In this document: positions 28,449-37,721 of the stretch, piece by piece
Layout of the letters: each line of letters opens with the position of its first letter
How positions within the stretch are numbered: the stretch's first letter is position 1
IMG/VR virus record: IMGVR_UViG_3300024496_000030
Span: 1 to 64,000 of that record
Source of the DNA: a virus
Length of the DNA: 64,000 nucleotides
Direction: 5' to 3' (one strand)
The notes under the pieces: model-generated
Databases searched by the model: none
Told to the model about the DNA's origin: nothing
Seen by the model: the letters and a program-made list of their open reading frames with translations, nothing else
Translations under genes and position numbers: made by a program

Positions 28449-29657
28449 CTAATTCATGTATGGAGTAAGTTCTTGCCAACTAGAAACAGGGGGTTGTCCC
28501 ATGGCTTCTGTTGCAGATTGAAAAGAACCGTATTTGTGCTTTAGGTATTCTACTGGTTGTTCTTTCTTTAACCGTTCCTCTGCCTGCTTATTAAACAGTG
28601 CTTGCGATCCTTTCTTTGCTAAGTAGCCAGCACCAAGGCCAGCAGCTACGATGCCAGCAGCTGTTGCAAGTTTGGGTGCACCAATCGCTTCTTTCTGTGC
28701 AACATCTTCCATCAAGCTGGTGAGATACTGCACACCTCCCCTAGTTCCCTTGTTGATTGGAATACCAGCTTTTTCTACAGCAACTTCACGCCCCAGCTGT
28801 TTAACAGCCTTCTCCATTTCTGGAGTACGTGCCATTACTGTTTGTGCATAGCGCATCTTTTCTGGCAATGCTTTTTGCAATGCTCCTGTTGTTCCAATAG
28901 CAGCTGCAGTACCAATAGCTGTGGATGCCGTAACAGGGAAACCAAAATACTGGATCTCGGGTTCATTCAATCCTTTTGCAGTGCCACGAATAATACCCAG
29001 AGGTCCAACAAAAGATTGTGATTGTGGATCAATCTTTCCAAAACCTTCTGGCTTCATGTGCTTGTAGCGCAGATACTGTTGGTATGTAGGATAAGCAATC
29101 TCAGGACGTTCTTCCTTAAACGTGGAGTAAGGAAGTGGATCACCACGCCGGCCTGTGAAGTAACGCAGAACAGATTCCGCCATGGGGTTAGCGGATGTGC
29201 GTCCTGTTGGATCCTCTTCTTTTGAGACTGGCAAGATGCTCTTGAAGCCAGCAGGGCGAGCACCTTGAAGCGGATTACCAACAGCACCACCTAAAGCAGC
29301 AATAGCAAACGGAGTGCTACGGCCAAGGAGATCTGTGGTGATGGGATCAAGTCCCATCTTTTCTCCAGCAGCACGACCTACGTTACGGCCAACAGCTAAC
29401 GTGTGGTTCAAGAACCAATAGGTTCCGCGTGATGCATCTGTTAAAACATCAAGGGCACCAGTGGCAGCAGCCAATGGCAGATTACCTTGCTTAGCATATT
29501 TAACTGCTTCTTTTACTCCACCGTAAACAGCGCGTGGTCCTGATGCTCCACGCCCAAGGTTTAAACCTTGCTCAACGTAATTGCTAAATTCACTGCCAAA
29601 CTTTCCAGCAGCAGCAATGCTATTGGAGAGATAATTCGGGATATTTGCAAAGCGCAT
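28449..29657 (-). CDS. putative internal/ejection protein
   Basis: 402 aa, G/A-rich with hydrophobic helices. Confidence 0.5.
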   Translation of the reverse strand: MRFANIPNYLSNSIAAAGKFGSEFSNYVEQGLNLGRGASGPRAVYGGVKEAVKYAKQGNLPLAAATGALDVLTDASRGTYWFLNHTLAVGRNVGRAAGEKMGLDPITTDLLGRSTPFAIAALGGAVGNPLQGARPAGFKSILPVSKEEDPTGRTSANPMAESVLRYFTGRRGDPLPYSTFKEERPEIAYPTYQQYLRYKHMKPEGFGKIDPQSQSFVGPLGIIRGTAKGLNEPEIQYFGFPVTASTAIGTAAAIGTTGALQKALPEKMRYAQTVMARTPEMEKAVKQLGREVAVEKAGIPINKGTRGGVQYLTSLMEDVAQKEAIGAPKLATAAGIVAAGLGAGYLAKKGSQALFNKQAEERLKKEQPVEYLKHKYGSFQSATEAMGQPPVSSWQELTPYMN

Positions 29658-30346
29658 CAGAAGTACCGAGTTGTTGGCGTACTTAACATCTGATTTGCAA
29701 TCTCAAAGGGATTAGCGGTGCCACCTTGAGAAACATGGTAGATGTAGCTAGGGAACTTATAGTTCCTGGCGTAAGTTAATTCTAAACGACGTTGGTGCTC
29801 TAAAGCAGCAGGATCTGTTCCAACAATTGCTTCTGGTGTAGCTGCTAATTGGGCACCAGTAATATCAGCTTGCGTTGAAGTTTGTGTATTGCGCCCGCCA
29901 CTATATCCCTCAGGGAATACAGCGCTGGTTACTGCTTTGGTAATTGGTTCAGTTACTGCGACCATGCCAGCAAGACCCAAACCAAACTTCCCTGTAGCAG
30001 CTGCGCCACCTGCCAGTCCACCAGCAATAGCTTCTGGAATGTAAGGATTGCTAGCTAAGCGTTCCTGAAGCCGGCCTTGCATGCCAGCCAGGCGAGGACT
30101 CAGCTGTTTAGCGCCAGCAAGGACTCCGCGTTCAACAGGACCGCTTAATCCACCAATCAGAGCAGAACGCAACAGCGTCTTTTCAATTGGCGGTGCTTCT
30201 CCTCCAGTAATGATGGGCAAGCCCTGTTCAGCAGCAATGGTTAGCGCAGCGTTAATGGCTGTTTCTTTTGCTAACGCTCTGCCGCCAGATGGAGCAACAA
30301 TGGGGAGCAGGCGTTGTCCTGCAAAACGTAAGGCTGTTCCAATCAT
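29657..30346 (-). CDS. putative internal virion protein
   Basis: G/A-rich; C-terminal ..PTTRYF motif shared with the hydrolases. Confidence 0.5.
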   Translation of the reverse strand: MIGTALRFAGQRLLPIVAPSGGRALAKETAINAALTIAAEQGLPIITGGEAPPIEKTLLRSALIGGLSGPVERGVLAGAKQLSPRLAGMQGRLQERLASNPYIPEAIAGGLAGGAAATGKFGLGLAGMVAVTEPITKAVTSAVFPEGYSGGRNTQTSTQADITGAQLAATPEAIVGTDPAALEHQRRLELTYARNYKFPSYIYHVSQGGTANPFEIANQMLSTPTTRYF

Positions 30347-30762
30347 GAGATGCTTGTACCTTCTGAACCTGGGAACTCTTTTCCTTTCTCAGCTTTTTGT
30401 TGAATGATTGCAGTTAGTCCGCCAGGATTAACACGTTCTTCTGGTGCGAGAACAGGACTTTGATCGTATCGTGCAAGAAAAGATTGCAGGTAACCAGGAC
30501 CACTAATTGCAAATGGATCTTTACCAGTATTAGGAACAATCTGTTTTGTACCTGGATACGTTGTTAGATCAAGATCTTCTTGGAAAGATCCGTATTGTTT
30601 AGCAGGAAATACAGGGTTTGTATCACGCAGGTTTGCTAAGTACTTGTTGAGAAACGCTTTCTCACCTGCCATCTGTTGATCAACAAATGGACCCAAAGAA
30701 TCACCCGCTTCTTTAGAAGCAGTTTTAACTCTATTGAGATACGGGATTTGCGTTTTAAACAC
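30343..30762 (-). CDS. hypothetical protein
   Basis: Coupled; FLNKYL motif. Confidence 0.5.
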   Translation of the reverse strand: MFKTQIPYLNRVKTASKEAGDSLGPFVDQQMAGEKAFLNKYLANLRDTNPVFPAKQYGSFQEDLDLTTYPGTKQIVPNTGKDPFAISGPGYLQSFLARYDQSPVLAPEERVNPGGLTAIIQQKAEKGKEFPGSEGTSIS

Positions 30763-30767
30763 AGTAA

Positions 30768-30974
30768 TTAGCTACCTTTCTTTTTCTTGCGCAGGCCAGC
30801 AAGAGTCTTTGCTAACTGCGCACGCTTTACAGTTTTTTCACTGTAGTCGCCAGGGTTCTTAGTAACAGCTTCTGCAAACTCAGCTGTACTCATTCCTTCT
30901 TTCTCTGCTTGAGCAGAAAAGGCGCCAGGCTTTTTGATGGCGCCCTTGATCCAATTACCTTTACTTTCAGCCAT
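30768..30974 (-). CDS. small basic conserved phage protein
   Basis: NWIKGAIKKPGAF..KRAQLAKTL. Confidence 0.65.
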   Translation of the reverse strand: MAESKGNWIKGAIKKPGAFSAQAEKEGMSTAEFAEAVTKNPGDYSEKTVKRAQLAKTLAGLRKKKKGS

Positions 30975-31408
30975 TACTTAAGCAGTGCTTTTACTTTGTT
31001 GATTGTTTCTTCTTTACGAGCTTGGCCAGAGACCACATCCGTCAGAAGGTCAGCAGCAACCATCACCTTAGGACGGTCAGCCATTGCTTCGTACTTACGC
31101 ACTCTATCTGCAGCAACCTGGGGCAACCAACGCTTGGTTACTTCCAGAGTCATCTCTTTTAATTCAGCTGCACTGATATGACCATCAGCAACAGACTCAA
31201 TTGCAAGTTCAACTGCAAACTCAACATCAGAGCCACTCCATGAACGCATGTTGCGCTCCAGCAGTGGGTCTAACACGTCATAAACACGGGTCAGAATCGG
31301 ACCGTATTTAACTAAGTTGCGTGCAGCAATCAGCCGCGACAACCAACCGGCGCCAGCAGTTAAACCAGCACCAATCAGCAAGGCAATGATTGGCTCTAGG
31401 GTTGTCAT
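30974..31408 (-). CDS. membrane-anchored protein (holin-like candidate)
   Basis: N-terminal TM helix, GGAGG RBS, TAGAAT -10. Confidence 0.45.
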   Translation of the reverse strand: MTTLEPIIALLIGAGLTAGAGWLSRLIAARNLVKYGPILTRVYDVLDPLLERNMRSWSGSDVEFAVELAIESVADGHISAAELKEMTLEVTKRWLPQVAADRVRKYEAMADRPKVMVAADLLTDVVSGQARKEETINKVKALLK

Positions 31409-31439
31409 AATACCTCCCTAATAATCATCATTCTAAATG

Positions 31440-33890
31440 TCATAACTCATATGGGTTGCCTACAAAACGAGCATAACGGCTAACTGCTTTTTGCACTGGG
31501 CTTGCAGTACCACGTTTTGTACCTTGTGGATAAGAAAGGGGAACTGGAACAACTTCTGTAGAAGGTGTAGTTGGAAGGGTCACTTCACCTGACAATACTT
31601 GCTTTACTAATTCAGCCCGTTGACGCAGAACCTCTGCTTCTTGAGCGCGGGGGCTACCAGGAGCAGGTGGTTGCCAGGTGGAGAAGCGTGTTCCCATTGC
31701 AGCCGGTGCACCACTTTCACTGATGGCACGGCCTTCGCGGATGCTTGCAGGAATGGTGGCGCCAGGGGTAACGCGACTTGCTACACGACGACCACTTGCA
31801 CGGGTAGCCTCAATACGGCGACGGGCTTGAGCAGCTTGCTGACCACCCATGGCTTGTTGGCTATAAGCAAGACCCGTGGTGGGATCAAGCACTTCAGGTG
31901 CTGCTTCTGCCAGTTGAGCTAAAGCAGCAGGATCAAAAGAGCGTGGATCAATGACTTCAGCACTAACGCCTTTAAACGTGCGGCCTTCACGTCCCATAAT
32001 TCGTTGGGGTTCTACAGCAGTGCCGCGTACTGCGCGGACTGCACCACCCAATAGGTCTTCCCGCTTGACCTGGCCTTCTGTCAGGATCTCGCCAGTGTCC
32101 ACATTTTTGTAGAGGAAGGGAGTTGCTTCAATGGCACTGCCCTCTCCAGCAGTAAATCCTTCTGCAGCCAGTGCTTCGCGGCGACGACCAACACCACCAA
32201 CTTCCTGACGACCTGCACCACCAGCAGCACGCATCCGGTAGTACTGACTTGTGGGCATCCCTTCCACTTCAGGAACTACACGCGATCCCACAACTTCACC
32301 AGTGGTTTCACTGATGACGGGAACTTCACGGATGCCTTGAGTAACTTCAGGGCGCAATTTATAAAGAACACCCGTTGCTTCTGCTTGCGCTAGGCGATTG
32401 CGTGCCGCTTCACTTGCAGCAGCTGTTTCACCCAGCAACTTCTTGGTGCGTGGATCTAAGGTTGCAAGTTCTGCTTGAGATGGTTGATAGGTAGAAGGAA
32501 CACCAAGTTGTTCTAATGCACGAGCTTTCATCTTGCTCTGCATGTTTAATGCAGCCTGCAGAGATTCAGCACGGCCCGTTGTAACAGGAACACCGGTTTG
32601 TGGATTGACGGTTTGGCCAAAAGCTTCGTAGAGAGAACCAGTTGGAACACTTTCACCAGAAGGAAGTGTTACACGAATCGGTAAACCCGGTGCTTCGCTG
32701 TAGGCAGAACGGATTACGCCAGGGTCACCCGTTGCTTGGAAGATTGCTTCTGCTTGTTTCTGTACAGTGGCTGCACGTGGATCAGCAGAAAACACACGTT
32801 GCACACCAGAAAGAGAACCCTGTGGGATAGGACGTTGCGTTCCTAACAATCCCCTAAGCGTTTCACCAGATTCCACAAAATTTTCTGGAGGCATCTGGCG
32901 AATGTTGCGTTCAATGTTGGTAAAGAACGGAGCATTAGCTGCTTCTGTCACGCGACCCGTCATTGGGTCCAGCACAGAACCTGGCGACAGACGTTGCCGC
33001 ATTTGTTGCATGGATGCAGTCTCTAATGCTGGGCTGCTGTATCCAATCTTCTGCGTGAACTGCAAAATGCGGGATTGAATGTCAGGATCAACGCCAGTAC
33101 CTGTGGTCTGCGTTCCAATGATGCTTTGTTCTGCTGGAGCAACCATGGTTTGACCGGCGCTACCAAGAGCAGATTCACTCCAGGGGTCTGGAATCCGTGA
33201 TTTCAGGGACTGATGAACACGAACTTCCGCAGGAACCACGTTTTGCGCCCGCACAATGCCGGGTGCAGTGTCATCAATCGCAGAAATGCCGTGTTGTGCT
33301 ACAGCAAGAACGTTTTCTGCACCTTCACGGGTAACAAAACTAGGTTCAGCTGCTTCTTTGGCTAGGCCAAGCGCGGATTTAACCTTTGCCTTAGCGCGTT
33401 GACCCAGATCACGCACCATTCCACCGACGCGTCCCACGCCAAGGTCAGTGCCGGTCAGTTTTTGGGCACCATACACGCCAGCAGCAACAGCACCGACCCC
33501 TAACGCCCCTAATGCAGCCTTTTCAAGGAGTGATTTTGGCTGCTCAGTACCACCAAACCCAGTTTCATAGGCATCATCAGCGTGATGCTGGACATAATGC
33601 TGCCCCGTCAGGCTGTTATTGAGCTGTCCTGCAACCTTTGGGATGTTGTTATCCGGTGTAATAGGCGACTGCAGGAGCGTATTGTCCCCATAATGCCGCA
33701 CAGAGATGGGTTGATCGTAAACAATATCTCCTTGAAAGCCTTGAACCTCATCAAAACCGCGAAATTTACCAAATCCTCGGTTGAAATCATACACTTCAGG
33801 AGCTAAACGTGCCTTTTCCTGTGCAGTTTTAGGGTATGGATTGCCAGTTGCAGCTGCCCACAGTGCATAATCTTGCGGAGAAACGGGCAT
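31440..33890 (-). CDS. large low-complexity putative internal/ejection protein
   Basis: Likely start MPVSPQDYALWA; one TM-like segment; first gene of the minus-strand module. Confidence 0.5.
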   Translation of the reverse strand: MPVSPQDYALWAAATGNPYPKTAQEKARLAPEVYDFNRGFGKFRGFDEVQGFQGDIVYDQPISVRHYGDNTLLQSPITPDNNIPKVAGQLNNSLTGQHYVQHHADDAYETGFGGTEQPKSLLEKAALGALGVGAVAAGVYGAQKLTGTDLGVGRVGGMVRDLGQRAKAKVKSALGLAKEAAEPSFVTREGAENVLAVAQHGISAIDDTAPGIVRAQNVVPAEVRVHQSLKSRIPDPWSESALGSAGQTMVAPAEQSIIGTQTTGTGVDPDIQSRILQFTQKIGYSSPALETASMQQMRQRLSPGSVLDPMTGRVTEAANAPFFTNIERNIRQMPPENFVESGETLRGLLGTQRPIPQGSLSGVQRVFSADPRAATVQKQAEAIFQATGDPGVIRSAYSEAPGLPIRVTLPSGESVPTGSLYEAFGQTVNPQTGVPVTTGRAESLQAALNMQSKMKARALEQLGVPSTYQPSQAELATLDPRTKKLLGETAAASEAARNRLAQAEATGVLYKLRPEVTQGIREVPVISETTGEVVGSRVVPEVEGMPTSQYYRMRAAGGAGRQEVGGVGRRREALAAEGFTAGEGSAIEATPFLYKNVDTGEILTEGQVKREDLLGGAVRAVRGTAVEPQRIMGREGRTFKGVSAEVIDPRSFDPAALAQLAEAAPEVLDPTTGLAYSQQAMGGQQAAQARRRIEATRASGRRVASRVTPGATIPASIREGRAISESGAPAAMGTRFSTWQPPAPGSPRAQEAEVLRQRAELVKQVLSGEVTLPTTPSTEVVPVPLSYPQGTKRGTASPVQKAVSRYARFVGNPYEL

Positions 33891-34116
33891 TTTTATAAAT
33901 ATACCTAGATATAACGATTTTAGGTGCAATCAATACAGTACCAACGCCAGGAGAAACCCCCTAACTGCCTTAGAAATACCCATTTCATGGTAAAAATCCG
34001 GGCAGACATCAAGCTCGCTCTGCTCGCAGGCGGGTGCGAGAGGAAAAAAAGAAAGGGGCGGGGGATATGCTCCCTCCGGTCGCGTTAACAGCCGGAAGAG
34101 AGAGTTCTATTCGGTT

Positions 34117-35345
34117 GTGTTCTTTATTTTATTTATCGTCATGATCTACAGCGTGGAGATCAAGGAAGCGGGCGATGATTTTAGCCAGGCGTATATGTCT
34201 GGCTGCGAGGAGAAGTTTCATTCGGAGAAGGAAGCAGAAGAATATCTGCTGACGTTCGAAGAATGGGAACGTCCGATGCTTTGCATTCGGAAGTACGAAT
34301 GAAGATTAGGGGGAGCAACCGCTCCCTCCGGTCGCTTTTTGAGTTTTCCACAGGCTATTTTTACCCTATTTCCACCCTATTTTCCCTCAAATCCCTGTCA
34401 TACCAAGGCTTCTGACTACTATTTGCCTGGACATGTGTCACAACATGGCTTGCACTTTTTCCACAGGCATCAAATCTTTTTACTGGGATCTCAGCGACGA
34501 TTTGAAGGCTGTTTGGCTGTTTGTCAGCCTTATCTTCAACCCTGATTTTTATATAACTAGAAATACTTTTAGCAAGATTACCCAGAAGATTGCCTCCAGG
34601 AGCTATTTATTCCTCCTAGATGCAGTCCTCAGACTGCTGTTCTTTGCTTGTTTTCTCATGGAGAAGTTCGGTGCTGCAGTGTGCTGCGTTGCTATCGGCA
34701 TGGCAGCTTTCACTCAGTTAACGCTTCACTTGCTTGATCAAGCTACGGCTGAGCAATGCAAGAACCATGCGTGGCCTGCACACGCTGACCAGGTGCACCG
34801 TGACTGGTGCATCGCTAACAACTACGAACTCTGATCTCATGATCACGATTACTACTGAAGAAGGTCTCCTTCTCACTGATCAACGTGGCAACTATCTATA
34901 CGATGGGCGCCAGGGTGATCCTGTTCTCATCGAAGCGCCAGCAGGTCCAATCCGCTTTGGGTTGGAGGACATGCTGCGTTTCTGGACGACGTACTGCCAG
35001 TACGGCGACTATCAACTTCACCTGTGGTGAGTTTCCGCTCCCTACGGTCGCTTTCATACTGTATTAATCAGTAGAGAAAGTTCAGAACAAATTGTCCATC
35101 ATTACCTTCTCATTCCAATGAATCTCTTTAACAACCTTGTCAAGGCCAGCATTGCCGGTGGCGTTGTCATCGGTGGTGCTGTTGCCTACGCCAAGCTGAA
35201 TGACGAGCAGCGTCAGAAGCTCAACTCTGGTGTCAACAGACTGCGCCGCAAGGTGTCAGATCTAATTGCACCAAATGATGGTGTTTATACCATCCCCAAG
35301 GAAGTCGAAGCGGAGCTAGAAGCTCTGCTCAACGACGACAATTGA
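34117..35345 (+). CDS. cluster of small early hypothetical genes (34141-34302, 34658-34834, 34839-35030, 35118-35345)
   Basis: Short plus-strand ORFs separated by hairpins; starts approximate. Confidence 0.5.
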
Positions 35346-35419
35346 TGGTCCCTCAGAGGGAAGCGCCATGCTTCCTTCTCTGTGATCTTCATTGATCACG
35401 TTCTTCGCATATTCCATCC

Positions 35420-35644
35420 ATGGAATCTTTCATCTACGAGAAGGGCAACGACGGTTATCTCGTCACCATCCGTGGTGATTTTGCAGAGATGACCAAGGTT
35501 GACCTTGACCGTCAGGTGTCCAAGTACATCCGCTTGGAGGCACCTGTCGAGCATATCCGCTCCAGTGTGAAGAAGCTGCTGCACCAGGGTTATAAGCTGA
35601 GCAATCAGCTAGAACTTGGTTGGCAGCGTTTCATCGAAGCGTAG
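35420..35644 (+). CDS. early hypothetical protein
   Basis: ORF track; its stop codon abuts the hammerhead. Confidence 0.55.
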   Translation: MESFIYEKGNDGYLVTIRGDFAEMTKVDLDRQVSKYIRLEAPVEHIRSSVKKLLHQGYKLSNQLELGWQRFIEA

Positions 35645-35710
35645 GACGAAACCGGAGGGTGCTATCCGCTCCCTTCGGTCGCTCCCTGCTATGGGGAGCC
35701 TGATGAGTCC
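35644..35710 (+). ncRNA. type II hammerhead ribozyme
   Basis: GGAC-GAAA-[CCGGAGGG/CCCTTCGG]-TC^-[GCTCCCT/GGGGAGC]-CTGATGA-GTCC; all core nucleotides present; predicted cut after C35680. Confidence 0.9.
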
Positions 35711-35724
35711 CTGCTTTGCTCACC

Positions 35725-36576
35725 ATGTCACTTTCTGCTTTCCTCATTAACTTCATGAACCGCCACCGTGATCAGCTACCTGCTTACGTTGGCATTACTC
35801 TTGGCATGGGTATCGGCGGACTCCTGTGCGTTAGCTTGAACAAAGCGATTAATGCCAGGATCCTTGCAACCTGTGACAAGAACCTGAATCAAATCATCTA
35901 TATCAAGACAGCAGTAGGTGATAGCTACGGCTGTGTATCCAAGATGGTATTGAACGGGCCACCAGCTCCGATCAAACCATGAGAAAGATTTTATTCAATT
36001 CATTGATCTTAACGATCATCTTTTTGTTCTTCTGCCTCTAGTCATGACTGAACAAATGTATAGCCACGACACAATCTGGCTTCTTCTGCACAACATTCCT
36101 CTCATGGATTATGCACGCCAGGAGGAGCCAAAGCTGTGGAGAAAGTTCATGGAACTTGTTTCCAATGAAACTGCTCAAGGCTATCCCGATACATGGAACA
36201 CTACTTTCCTAATCAATAAGATTGCGGAAGATCTAGGTTCCTATCAACTGCTTCTAAATATCTGGTTGCAGATAGAGGAGCCGTTGAATGATGTTCTTAA
36301 TCCCATCCAGCGTGACTGGATTGATGCTCAACTATGAACAACTACACCTTTTATCTGCCTGGAATCAACAAGCTGACTGGTGTAAGCCAGGAGGATTGGG
36401 ATTTCCTTTGCGAACGTGCAGCAGAGAACAACGTTCTACCTGCCACGCTTGCCGCCAGGATTATCGCCAACGAGTTGGCTCAATGGCGTGATGAGATTCA
36501 TTACGCCGATCAACAGGAAGGGCTTCGTGCAAATGAAGCCATGAACCAAGAGAAAGTTATTGAAGAGATTGTTTAA
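35725..36576 (+). CDS. three early hypothetical genes (35725-35982, 36044-36337, 36334-36576)
   Basis: ORF track, coupled organisation. Confidence 0.5.
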
Positions 36577-36684
36577 TCTTTTCTTTATCTTTCCAGATGT
36601 CTGCACTTTGGGATCTAGGCCTTAGCTTAGTTCCCTTTCTGCAGGCTTCACTTGCCTGCTTTGTACACCTACCTAGACAACACC

Positions 36685-37134
36685 ATGTCTGCTGCTAACA
36701 ACGGAAACCTGGTCGGTACCATCGTGTCCGACATCATGACCAAGAATCCCAACGATTCTCTTTCGGTCACACAGTTCCGTGTTGCTCCGCTCGATGCCAG
36801 GGAAGAGGATTCTCCGCTGCCTGTCATCGCTTACAACGGTATCGGTGACAACATCGCCAAGCGCTACAACAAGGGTGACACTGTTGCCCTGACGACGCGC
36901 CTGCGTTATGTGACCTGGATGACGCCAGAAGGTGAGCCCCGTGGCCGCATGGAAGTTATTGTGACTTCCGTAAACACGGTTCGCCTTGGTCAGATCTCAA
37001 CAGCCCAACGGACTGCTGAAGCTGCTGGTGTCATTGAAGCGAATACGGTCAACAAATCGCTTCATCCTGTCGCCGCCGCTGCCACCAGGGCTCCTTATGC
37101 GCAGGAACCAACCGCTGAGGTTGTTCCTTTCTGA
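36685..37134 (+). CDS. ssb: single-stranded DNA-binding protein
   Basis: NNGNLVGTI..F.VA..KGDTV..RLRY..W...G..R..EV; C-terminal EVVPF. Confidence 0.75.
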   Translation: MSAANNGNLVGTIVSDIMTKNPNDSLSVTQFRVAPLDAREEDSPLPVIAYNGIGDNIAKRYNKGDTVALTTRLRYVTWMTPEGEPRGRMEVIVTSVNTVRLGQISTAQRTAEAAGVIEANTVNKSLHPVAAAATRAPYAQEPTAEVVPF

Positions 37135-37246
37135 GCAGAAGGTCAGTCCGACTCTTGCACTTAAACCTTCCGGGTTGGTACAGCTGTACTAGCCCGGTGG
37201 TTTTTCTGCAGGATTCATCTCCTGCACAATCCTTTGCACATCACCA

Positions 37247-37636
37247 ATGGGCCTCGATCAGTACGCCTACATCAAGTTTCAACCTGAGTATGAGAACTGG
37301 TTGTTCCTTGCGGAATGGCGCAAACATCCCAACCTCCAGGGTTGGATGGAACGCCTATGGCGCAAGAAGACGAACAGCAGTGAATCATACGAGAAAGATA
37401 CATCAATTAATGATGAATTCAATGGAGTTGAGCTTGAACTCACCCTTCAAGACATTCTTCAACTCCAAATGGACATCAGAGATAACAATCTTGATGGCGG
37501 TTTTGGCACCACAACAGGATTCTTCTTCGGTTGTAATGCCGATGATGAATACAAGTGGAAAGATCTTAGCTTCTGTGATAGAGCTAAGGTTGCTCTCAAG
37601 AATAACCACACTGTTTATTACAACAGTTCTTGGTAA
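37247..37636 (+). CDS. conserved phage protein (MGLDQY/WRKHPNLQGWM family)
   Basis: Recognisable motif, ..GFFFG..VYYNSSW. Confidence 0.7.
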   Translation: MGLDQYAYIKFQPEYENWLFLAEWRKHPNLQGWMERLWRKKTNSSESYEKDTSINDEFNGVELELTLQDILQLQMDIRDNNLDGGFGTTTGFFFGCNADDEYKWKDLSFCDRAKVALKNNHTVYYNSSW

Positions 37637-37721
37637 TCTCTCCATCAATCAAACTCACTTACCTTTCATGAACCATGAACAAATCTCTACAAGATCTCCA
37701 CCCGGTTGAGTTCATTCTTGT

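Larger units (their letters stand above)
34013..35682. repeat. dispersed 15-nt repeat GCTCCCTNCGGTCGC (34069, 34321, 35037, 35668) plus related GCTCGCTCTGCTCGC (34013)
   Basis: Four copies differ only at the central base; the reverse complement GC-GA-CC-GNA-GG-GA-GC folds as a GNA-triloop hairpin. Confidence 0.85.

Noticed and set aside
34069-35682. 15-nt repeats as a CRISPR mini-array
   Set aside because: Repeats too short, spacing irregular (250-720 nt) and containing genes; no cas genes
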